Source: Nitrospinales bacterium
GTDB taxonomy: Bacteria; Nitrospinota; Nitrospinia; Nitrospinales; JAJDAT01
DNA: 23,964 nucleotides
Assembly: GCA_046757665.1 (NCBI GenBank)
Contig: JBHHYO010000040.1
Span: 1 to 23,964, forward strand
Direction: 5' to 3'
Shown: positions 16,809 through 23,964 of the stretch, one piece after another
Numbering within the stretch: the first letter of the stretch is position 1
How the letters are laid out: each line of letters begins with the position of its first letter
The notes under the pieces: generated by a model
The model's database searches: none
Seen by the model: only the letters and a program-made list of their open reading frames with translations
Told to the model about the DNA's origin: nothing
Position numbers and translations under genes: made by a program

Positions 16809-18409
16809 ATCATGGACCGCTTGAAGGTCATCGCCGCGTCACTGTCGGAATCCCGCGGACGCCTGACCCGAACCACATCCTGGGGGTCGATGTCCAGCAG
16901 TTGCAACCAATCCTCCAGATTGGGCTGGGCGGGCAACAAACTGCCTTCGGTGAATTCGGTTTCCAGGGATCGGGACAGGTCGTCGGCCTTGAGCACCAGT
17001 TCCCCGCCGGCGATGGCTCGTTCGATGGCCAATTCCTTCGCCCGTTGCACTACGCCCTCGATGATGGCGCCGGAAATGAAATTTTTCCAATAGAGGGATT
17101 TGGTTTCTCCCGTCTTCAAGGTCAGGATCAGGACTTCCTGCTTGGGCGATTTGGTGAAGAGTTTGTCCAGAAAGGGCGCGGTCATTTTCTGTATGTCCGC
17201 ATGTTCCAGTTTGCCGTCGAGATAAATTTTCAGGATGTCGCTACATCCTTCGCGGTTAGGCCTGCCGATCTTGATTTTACGGTCGATCCTGCCCGGCCGC
17301 AGTATGGCGGGGTCGATCAGGTCGGGCCGGTTGGTGGCCAGGATGACGACCGTTTCCTTGAGGGATTGAATGCCGTCCATTTCCGCGCAGAACATGGGCA
17401 CCAGGGTGTTGGTGATATTGTTGGTCCGCCAGGCTTGGCGGGTGCCCAGGATGGATTCCGCCTCGTCGATAAAAATAAAGGGGAGTTGTTCTTTTTCCCG
17501 GTATTCCCGGGCTTTTTTGAAAATTTCGCGTATTTTTCTTTCCGATTCACCCAGCCACATGTTCAGGATTTCCGGTCCCTTGACGTGGATAAACCGGCCT
17601 TCGACATTTCTTTTTTTATCGCCGCTCAGTTTTTTGACGATATCGGTCAGGATTGCCCTGCCGACCAGGGTTTTCCCACATCCGGGCGGGCCATAAAACA
17701 GGAACCCTTTCGGCAGTTGGTAATTCATTTCCTGGAGGATGTCGGAATGCAGTACCGGGTATTCGATGACCTTGCGGACTTGTTCGATGACTTTTTCCTG
17801 ACCGCCGACGCGGTTCCAGTCGACGGGGACAAAATCGTCTTCGACAAAGGTTTTGCTTTCTCTCTTCGGCAGTTTGCCGAGGATGATTTTTTGACTGGGA
17901 TCGAGCACCACCTCATCGCCTTCCTTGAAGGTCGATGGGTCCAGGTCCTGGCTTAGCATGGCCATGGACTCGGTGTTGGCGGTTGTGCCCGTGACCAGCC
18001 ATTGGCCGTCGGCCAGGCGCGTGATGATCCTGGCCATCGGGCCCTGTTGTGGCGGCGGCAGTTTGTAGATGGCGGTGAATCCCTCGTTCAGGGCGACCTG
18101 GTCACCGACATTGAGGGGCTCCTGGATTTCCGGCGAGACCGCCACCTGGTATTCCTGGCCGCCGCAGGACAAGCGGTACAGGCTGTCTTTGCCGGGACCC
18201 AGGATGGTGCCGATACGGTGAGCCGGGGATTTTAACTTGCCGATCGTTTCCTCGAGGGTTTTTATCTTCAGGGAAAATTGCCGGGCCTCCTGTTGCGCCT
18301 GCAACAGGGCATCCCGCAGGTCGTAAATTTTCTCCTGCAACTTGGGTCGATCGGCGGTCTCGTCAAGTATCTGGTCAATCAACTCTATAATGTGAGTGGG
18401 GTCGCCCAT
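16805..18409 (-). CDS. arc: Proteasome-associated AAA+ ATPase (ARC/Mpa-like)
   Basis: N-terminal coiled coil ending KLKSP, two OB-like repeats (GDQVALNE, GDEVVLD), Walker A GPPGCGKT, pore loop NMWLGESE, Walker B FIFIDEAE, SRH ATNRPDLIDPAILRPGRID. Confidence 0.93.
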   Translation of the reverse strand: MGDPTHIIELIDQILDETADRPKLQEKIYDLRDALLQAQQEARQFSLKIKTLEETIGKLKSPAHRIGTILGPGKDSLYRLSCGGQEYQVAVSPEIQEPLNVGDQVALNEGFTAIYKLPPPQQGPMARIITRLADGQWLVTGTTANTESMAMLSQDLDPSTFKEGDEVVLDPSQKIILGKLPKRESKTFVEDDFVPVDWNRVGGQEKVIEQVRKVIEYPVLHSDILQEMNYQLPKGFLFYGPPGCGKTLVGRAILTDIVKKLSGDKKRNVEGRFIHVKGPEILNMWLGESERKIREIFKKAREYREKEQLPFIFIDEAESILGTRQAWRTNNITNTLVPMFCAEMDGIQSLKETVVILATNRPDLIDPAILRPGRIDRKIKIGRPNREGCSDILKIYLDGKLEHADIQKMTAPFLDKLFTKSPKQEVLILTLKTGETKSLYWKNFISGAIIEGVVQRAKELAIERAIAGGELVLKADDLSRSLETEFTEGSLLPAQPNLEDWLQLLDIDPQDVVRVRRPRDSDSDAAMTFKRSMI

Positions 18410-18443
18410 GGATAAAATCCATTGAAATTAATCGGTTTAGTTT

Positions 18444-18473
18444 ATTGTAAGGCGAAAAAAAAAATTCCGTCAA
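18444..18473 (-). promoter_or_regulatory. Sigma70-type promoter of the arc-dop-ubact-prcBA-pafA operon
   Basis: Minus strand TTGACG (18473-18468), 18-bp spacer, TACAAT (18449-18444), 34 nt upstream of the arc ATG. Confidence 0.65.
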
Positions 18474-18483
18474 GTTATTTGTC

Positions 18484-18517
18484 GCAGGCTTGGGCCTGCG
18501 GCGGTTTGGGTTATAAT
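18484..18517 (+). promoter_or_regulatory. Possible promoter of the divergent gene at 18559, with short palindrome
   Basis: Perfect TATAAT (18512-18517); only a weak -35, overlapped by the inverted repeat GCAGGC-TTGG-GCCTGC (18484-18499). Confidence 0.4.
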
Positions 18518-18558
18518 GGAGAGAAGTTTTTTCTGTTAACACGCGGATTTTAAACACC

Positions 18559-19842
18559 ATGCTCTTAGTTCAAAATAAACCGTATATCGACAAGTGCATA
18601 GTCAGTTTCAGCCATAACCGGTATTCGACTCGCCGGGCGGCGGACAAAGCCAGCCTGAAAAAAGCCCGGCGGGAAATCGCCGCCGGTAAAAGAGGTATCA
18701 GTCATCTTATCCTGCGTGCCGACGATGACCGGATCGACCGGTTGAAATTTCTCTTCCTCATTCACGGCATCCCCATCGTTTGTTACACGATGGCCAACCT
18801 TCTCCATTCCAGCTTGAAGGAAATCGTGGTGGTCGGCTCGCCGGAGGTCAAGCGCGTACTGGACGCTTTTCTGGAGATCGCCGGCGACAATGGGAAAACC
18901 GCGCATTTTGTTCTCGAAGACCCTGAGTATCTGAGCCTCATGAACACGATGAACCTGGGGCGCAACAAATTGTCGCTGGATACCACGGAGCTGGTTTTGT
19001 TCCAGCCGGGCGACTTGCCTTTCATGTACGACCTGGAGAAAGTTCTGCGGGACGAGGCAATTGCGACCCACAACCTGATTTTGTGGCTGAATGCGCGCGC
19101 GAAAATGTTTCCACGTTTCGAGGAGGACCCGGAAAGCGAATTCGTGAAGAGGAATTACCATTACCGGACGATCGACGAAAAAGCCGACGAGGTGCTCGAT
19201 GTCAAGGAGCCGAATATTTACCCGATCAACTTGTCGGCTATGGAGCCGGATATTATCGAACTGCTACACCAAACCCGCAAGGACGGGCAGATTTTCAGGG
19301 CGGCGATCACCAAGGCCCTGAGGCATCCGTCGCGTTTCCTGCGTCTGCTCCCCGTGTTCACCCATCAACTGTTGCATTTCCGGGCCGACATGGAGCGGTT
19401 CCGGAAGCATGACGATTTTCAGTTTGGAATGCACAAGAAAAATTTTGATTACGGGGTTTCCGTGCTTTTAAACACGGCGTTTACCACCAGGATACACAAC
19501 GACCCGGCCTTCGTCGCCGACGTGGACGCCCTGGAGGATTGGGAGGATTATGAAGCGCTGACCGATTATGCCCGGCGGCAAGGCGGCGAGGATGGCCTGG
19601 TTGCCATTCACCCTTACGGCGGGAAACTTCTTGAGTTCAAGAAAAAAGCCATGCCGGGCCTGAAAAAAAACATGCCGATGTATGCCGATTTTTGCGGCTA
19701 CATGAACGACATTTACCGGACCCTGCAAATGCCATATGTTCCTTTTGACGGCAACGGGAACTACATCAATCCCCGCCCTCACAATAAAGAGGTCGGAAAT
19801 GCCTTCCGATGGTACAATCAAAAAACCCAAGGCCAATGCTGA
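18559..19842 (+). CDS. Hypothetical protein with divergent MobA/NTP-transferase-like (GT-A) fold
   Basis: KFLFLIHGIPIVCYTMANL...KEIVVVGS, LVLFQPGDLPF and ADVDALEDW match the K-x-L...G-x-P, DxP and D-V-D-x-x-E-D patterns of that fold; canonical N-terminal LAAG/LAGG motif is absent. Confidence 0.55.
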   Translation: MLLVQNKPYIDKCIVSFSHNRYSTRRAADKASLKKARREIAAGKRGISHLILRADDDRIDRLKFLFLIHGIPIVCYTMANLLHSSLKEIVVVGSPEVKRVLDAFLEIAGDNGKTAHFVLEDPEYLSLMNTMNLGRNKLSLDTTELVLFQPGDLPFMYDLEKVLRDEAIATHNLILWLNARAKMFPRFEEDPESEFVKRNYHYRTIDEKADEVLDVKEPNIYPINLSAMEPDIIELLHQTRKDGQIFRAAITKALRHPSRFLRLLPVFTHQLLHFRADMERFRKHDDFQFGMHKKNFDYGVSVLLNTAFTTRIHNDPAFVADVDALEDWEDYEALTDYARRQGGEDGLVAIHPYGGKLLEFKKKAMPGLKKNMPMYADFCGYMNDIYRTLQMPYVPFDGNGNYINPRPHNKEVGNAFRWYNQKTQGQC

Positions 19843-19897
19843 ATTGCTGAAACGGCCGGAAGATGGGACGCAAGCCAAGAGATATTAAACTCAAACC

Positions 19898-20857
19898 ATG
19901 ACAACTTATTATTTTCCCAAGAGACTGCATCCGCATTTGGAAAAAGCGATTTTGCTGTCTTTGCTACTCCATATTCTGGCGTTTATCCTGCATGGTTTGA
20001 CGCCGCGGACCATGCCTGTGACGCCGCGGCTCGAACCGATCAAGGTAAAGTTCATTGAAACTCCCAAGGAGAAGGTTCCGGATCGCGGCACGCTGATCGA
20101 TGCTCCCAAACCGCGGCGGATCGAGAAACCGCGCACCGCCAAGTTGCTGGCGAAATTCGACAGCCGGGCTCATTCCAACGTGAAAAAGAACAAGGCTTCC
20201 GATTACCGGCACCGCAAGCTTGTGGCGCCCAAGTTACGGGGCCGGCACCCGGCCATAAAAAAGAGGAAGGTGGTTCCTCCCAGGAAGAAACGGGTTGTCA
20301 AGCCGCGGCCGGGGACCATACAAAAAACGCCGCTCCGGCCGCCGTCCAACAAGGGTTTGCAACTCGGCATCAACCCGCGGGTAAAAAAACCGGCGCCCGC
20401 CGAGGAACAGCAAACGCCGCGTTCACTGTTCGCCCTGCTGGACGGGTTCGATGCAAGCCCCTATGCCGAAACCGACACCGGCGCCCAGGAAGACTTTGAT
20501 GATGGCGAAACGATTTCCCTGGATACCAAGGAAACTCTGTACGCCGATTACTTCGCCCGCATCAAACATCAAATCGAAAGGGTCTGGGGGTATCCGGAGT
20601 CTGCGGCGCGGCGCGGCATCAGCGGGCAATTGACGTTGCGGTTTCAGATTTCCAAGGAGGGTAATTTGCTGAGGGTGCATGTCACCCAGGCCTCTGGAGC
20701 GGAAATCCTGGACCGCGCCGCCGTCAAGGCCGTGAAAATGGCGGCGCCGTATTATCCTTTCCCCGCGACCATCAAAAAAGAAAAACTGGCCATTCTGGCT
20801 ACCTTCATTTACAGCCCTTCTTACGGCAGGTCCTATCAGTACCAGACGTACCGTTGA
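19898..20857 (+). CDS. TonB-family energy transducer
   Basis: N-terminal TM with SxxxH (LLSLLLHILA), Pro/Lys-rich linker, TonB C-terminal domain YPESAARRGISGQLTLRFQISKEG...LDRAAVKAV...PFP. Confidence 0.88.
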   Translation: MTTYYFPKRLHPHLEKAILLSLLLHILAFILHGLTPRTMPVTPRLEPIKVKFIETPKEKVPDRGTLIDAPKPRRIEKPRTAKLLAKFDSRAHSNVKKNKASDYRHRKLVAPKLRGRHPAIKKRKVVPPRKKRVVKPRPGTIQKTPLRPPSNKGLQLGINPRVKKPAPAEEQQTPRSLFALLDGFDASPYAETDTGAQEDFDDGETISLDTKETLYADYFARIKHQIERVWGYPESAARRGISGQLTLRFQISKEGNLLRVHVTQASGAEILDRAAVKAVKMAAPYYPFPATIKKEKLAILATFIYSPSYGRSYQYQTYR

Positions 20858-20884
20858 GGAAACGGTTTGGTCGAATAAACCGGT

Positions 20885-22870
20885 TCAGTCTTTCGGGGGT
20901 TTGATCCCGTCGTGCAGGAACTTCCGCACCTCGGCGATTTCCTTGACCACCCGGCAGTCGGGCAGGGAGGCGATGAACCGGCGGCCGTAACCGCGGTTCG
21001 TCAGCCGCGGGTCGAGGATCGAGACGATCCCCGTGTCGGTTTTTTTGCGGATCAGCCTGCCGAAACCCTGCTTCAACTGGATGATCGCCCGCGGCAGTTG
21101 GTAATGCTTGAAGGGGTTGACCGACTGCGCGCGCAGGTGTTCCAGCCGCGCCTCGGTGAGCGGTTCGTTGGGAACGTCAAACGGCAGTTTGGTGATGATG
21201 ACGCTTGTCAAGGCTTCGCCGGGAATGTCGATCCCCTGCCAGAAGGAATTGGTGCCGAAGATCACCGACGGGGTTTGTTTGAATTTTTCGATCATTCGTC
21301 CGGTGGAAATTTCTCCTTGTTTGAGGAAAGGGTATTTGTGCGACAACGGCCCGAGTTCCTCGTGCACCCGATTGAGCGTGTCGTAACTGGTGAATAGAAC
21401 GAAGGTCCGGCCTTTTGCGGCTTCCACGAGGTCTTTTATTCTTTGGGACAGGGCCTGGATATAGCGCCCGGTTTTTTCCGAAGGTTCGGGCAGGTCGGCG
21501 GGGATGTACAGCAAGGCTTGCGTGCGAAAATCGAACGGTGAGTCGAGGATCAGGTCTTCCTTTGGTTCGCAACCGATACGTTTTTTGACAAAGTCGAAAC
21601 TGTGATCGGTGGTGAGGGTTGCCGAGGTGAGTACCGCCCGCGGGGTTCTGTCGAACACTTGCTCTTTCAGCGGTCCGCTGACGTCGATGGGGACGCCGCG
21701 CAGGATGGCGCGGAGAAACCGGCGGCCCTTGCCCAACTCCAGCCAGTAAACGTAGTCGTCCACTTTCTGATTCAACAGGGCGTTCAGGGTGTTGTTGAAC
21801 TCGGCACAACGGATGGCGGCGGCGGACACTTCCAGTTGATCGTCCTCGGACGGCAACTGGCCTTCAAAAGTTTTCAGGGATTCCTGGAGGACCCGCAAGG
21901 GACCGGTGATGGCGTTTTCGATCGGCGGCGGTTTGTAAAACCGCAGGACCCGGGCCTGCCTGCCGTACTCTTCGAATATCCGGTCAAAGAAGGTGTCCAC
22001 CGCGCGGCGCGCGTCCAGGACTTTTTTCTGCAACGGCAGGATGGGGCTGTCGGTCTCCAGGCGACTCAGGATGCCTTTTTGGGTTCTGCGGTTGAACAGG
22101 CGGTCGAGGAAATAAATCAGCGCGGTGTTGGAGAGTTCCAGTCCCAGGAAATGGGTGGCGACTTCCTCCACGTTCTGCGCTTCATCAAAAATGACGGCGT
22201 CGTATCGCGGCAGTACGCCCCCGCCGCTGGCAATGTTGGCGAAGAAGAGGTGGTGGTTGACCACCAGCAGGTGAGAGCCGAACCATTTTTTGCGTTCTTT
22301 GAAGTAGAAGCAGGCGTTATAGGTTTCGCAACGTTTGCCGAGGCACAGTTCTTTTTGCCGTCCGACATCCTCCCAGACGGCGGGCAGGACCTCGAAGGGC
22401 AGTTCGCCGCGCACCCCGGTTTCCGTTGTGCCCGCCCAATCGGCAACGGCCTGCAACTGGCGCGAGGATTCGGAATCGGTGAACAACCCCGTCTGGTGAG
22501 CGCGTTTCAAGCGCCGCAGGGAAAGGTAGTTCCCATGGCCGACGCACAGTGAATAGCGGAAGGACAGGCCGAGTTTGTCGCGCAGAAATGGAATGTCCGT
22601 ATGCAGGATTTGCTGTTGCAACGCCTTGGAATAGGTTGAAACCACAATCTTGCGGTTGTTTTTCACCGCCCACAAAACGGCGGGAATGAGATAGGCCAGG
22701 CTTTTCCCCGTGCCGGTCCCGGCTTCCACCATCAGGTGGTGGCCGTCGGCGAGCGAACGGGTCACGGCCTCGGCCATGGTCACCTGTTGCCGGCGGAACT
22801 CGAAGGCGTTCATATGCCGCGCCACCCGGCCCTGGTTTCCCAGGTATTCGTTTATGGTTTCATGATTCAT
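20885..22870 (-). CDS. DinG/YoaA-family ATP-dependent helicase
   Basis: Q motif FEFRRQQ, EAGTGTGKSLAYL, VVNHHLFF, IFDEAQ, LTSATL, SFWQGIDIPG, KLPF, KQGFGRLIR; start set at ATG 22870. Confidence 0.93.
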   Translation of the reverse strand: MNHETINEYLGNQGRVARHMNAFEFRRQQVTMAEAVTRSLADGHHLMVEAGTGTGKSLAYLIPAVLWAVKNNRKIVVSTYSKALQQQILHTDIPFLRDKLGLSFRYSLCVGHGNYLSLRRLKRAHQTGLFTDSESSRQLQAVADWAGTTETGVRGELPFEVLPAVWEDVGRQKELCLGKRCETYNACFYFKERKKWFGSHLLVVNHHLFFANIASGGGVLPRYDAVIFDEAQNVEEVATHFLGLELSNTALIYFLDRLFNRRTQKGILSRLETDSPILPLQKKVLDARRAVDTFFDRIFEEYGRQARVLRFYKPPPIENAITGPLRVLQESLKTFEGQLPSEDDQLEVSAAAIRCAEFNNTLNALLNQKVDDYVYWLELGKGRRFLRAILRGVPIDVSGPLKEQVFDRTPRAVLTSATLTTDHSFDFVKKRIGCEPKEDLILDSPFDFRTQALLYIPADLPEPSEKTGRYIQALSQRIKDLVEAAKGRTFVLFTSYDTLNRVHEELGPLSHKYPFLKQGEISTGRMIEKFKQTPSVIFGTNSFWQGIDIPGEALTSVIITKLPFDVPNEPLTEARLEHLRAQSVNPFKHYQLPRAIIQLKQGFGRLIRKKTDTGIVSILDPRLTNRGYGRRFIASLPDCRVVKEIAEVRKFLHDGIKPPKD

Positions 22871-22932
22871 GACGGATCCCTGCAATCGATTCTATTTGAT
22901 CCTTGCGTAGATTGCGAAGGAAAACAAGCGGA

Positions 22933-22961
22933 TTGACCCCGCCCGCCGATTTCTTTATAGT
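22933..22961 (+). promoter_or_regulatory. Sigma70-type promoter of the SYLF gene
   Basis: TTGACC (22933-22938), 17-bp spacer, TATAGT (22956-22961); GAGGAG RBS before ATG 23020. Confidence 0.7.
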
Positions 22962-23019
22962 ATTTTTGATTTGGAAGCCTTCCTGAATTTGCGTTCCATC
23001 TGTTGCCGAGGAGTTTTTT

Positions 23020-23748
23020 ATGAGCATCCTTAATCTTTCCCGCGTGGTTGTACGGTTTGTCATCTTGGGTGTCGCCGGGGTTTTGTTGTTTTCGTCGCTG
23101 GTCTGGGCCGGGGCCGAGGAACGCAGGAAACTGCTTCGGGATTCCATCTCGGTTCTCGAGGAGATCATGGAAACTCCGGAAAAAGGCATTCCCTTCGAGG
23201 CGCTGGCCAAGGCTAAAGGTGTCATTATTTTTCCCACTATGGTGAAGGGCGGATTTATTCTGGGCGTCCGATACGGAAAGGGCGTTGCTTCGGTGCGCTT
23301 GCCGGAAACCGGCACCTGGAGCCCGCCAGCTTTTCTGACGACGGTGGGAGGGAGCCTGGGTTTTCAGGCCGGCGCCGAGGCGATCGACTTGATCCTGCTG
23401 GTTATGAACCAGCGTGGCGTCGAAAGTTTGCTCAAGGATGAGTTCACTCTGGGCGGCGACGTGGGAATCGCCGCCGGGCCGGTGGGGCGGCACGCCGAGG
23501 CGGGAGCCGACCTGCGCATGAAAGGCGAAATCTATTCCTATTCCCGGAGCAAGGGCCTGTTCGCCGGAATTTCCCTCAAGGGCACGTCCATCCACGCGGA
23601 CAACGACGCCAACGAGTTGTACTACAGGATGGAACTTTCCCCGGAAGACATCCTCATTCTCCACAAGGCTCCCAAACTGCCGGAGTCGGCCAACCGCTTC
23701 ATCCAGTCTCTGAACCGGCTTGCCCCGCCGCCGGAGAAATCGAAGTAA
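23020..23748 (+). CDS. Exported SYLF/YSC84-domain lipid-binding protein
   Basis: Signal peptide; IIFPTMVKGGFILGVRYGKG, WSPPAF, GGSLGFQAGAE, AAGPVGR, IYSYSRSKGLFAGISL. Confidence 0.92.
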   Translation: MSILNLSRVVVRFVILGVAGVLLFSSLVWAGAEERRKLLRDSISVLEEIMETPEKGIPFEALAKAKGVIIFPTMVKGGFILGVRYGKGVASVRLPETGTWSPPAFLTTVGGSLGFQAGAEAIDLILLVMNQRGVESLLKDEFTLGGDVGIAAGPVGRHAEAGADLRMKGEIYSYSRSKGLFAGISLKGTSIHADNDANELYYRMELSPEDILILHKAPKLPESANRFIQSLNRLAPPPEKSK

Positions 23749-23781
23749 GTCAAACGGTGTAAACCCTCGCGGATCATTCGG

Positions 23782-23909
23782 CTAGTACTTCGTTGCAAAA
23801 GTTCGCGCAATTTGCACGCTTCGACAAGCTCAGCGTGACAGCAAATTTGTCGCTGAGCCTGTCAAAGGGCGGTCATTTCCCTACGCTTATTTTTGCAACG
23901 AAGTACTAG
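23782..23909. mobile_element. MITE-like non-autonomous element, 128 bp
   Basis: Perfect 19-bp inverted repeats CTAGTACTTCGTTGCAAAA (23782-23800) and TTTTGCAACGAAGTACTAG (23891-23909), CTAG at both outer ends, no coding capacity. Confidence 0.7.
23819..23867. repeat. Inverted pair of REP-like units inside the MITE
   Basis: CTTCGACAAGCTCAGCG (23819-23835) pairs with CGCTGAGCCTGTCAAAG (23851-23867) with two mismatches. Confidence 0.6.
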
Positions 23910-23964
23910 TACTTAATTGCGTAATTTAGAGTATTTTTTATAAAGTTGTTTTTGAGTAATGCTT

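Noticed and set aside
15327-17956. Plus-strand ORFs of 345, 213 and 351 aa
   Set aside because: Antisense shadows of dop and arc.
22867-23664. 265-aa minus-strand ORF
   Set aside because: Antisense to the clearly recognisable SYLF gene, which has its own promoter and RBS.
1-23964. tRNA, rRNA, CRISPR array, transposase or phage genes
   Set aside because: None recognised by eye: no regularly spaced repeats, no cloverleaf-like sequence in the gaps, and all long ORFs are otherwise explained. A covariance-model scan was not possible.

Overview
Gene-dense bacterial chromosomal window, most consistent with a Nitrospinota/Nitrospirota-type chemolithoautotroph (inferred from gene content, not from a search). 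Left to right: (1) 3' end of a hydrogenase-4-like operon whose large subunit lacks the [NiFe]-binding CxxC motifs (Ehr-type complex); (2) mltA and rnhA on the minus strand; (3) a ferritin/rubrerythrin-like di-iron protein; (4) a five-subunit 2-oxoacid:ferredoxin oxidoreductase operon in forDABGE order (probably the rTCA-cycle OGOR), closed by a strong terminator; (5) a monohaem cytochrome c; (6) ettA; (7) a complete, largely translationally coupled proteasome/protein-tagging operon on the minus strand (arc-dop-ubact-prcB-prcA-pafA) whose modifier ends in RTGQ, i.e. UBact rather than Pup; (8) a divergent, atypical MobA/NTP-transferase-fold protein; (9) a TonB-family protein, a DinG/YoaA helicase and a SYLF/YSC84 protein; (10) a 128-bp MITE-like element with perfect 19-bp terminal inverted repeats enclosing a REP-like pair. 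The UBact-proteasome system is the most interesting feature: it has been described bioinformatically but, to my knowledge, not characterised biochemically, and its ATPase lacks the usual GQYL/HbYX docking tail. All product calls come from motif recognition by eye.
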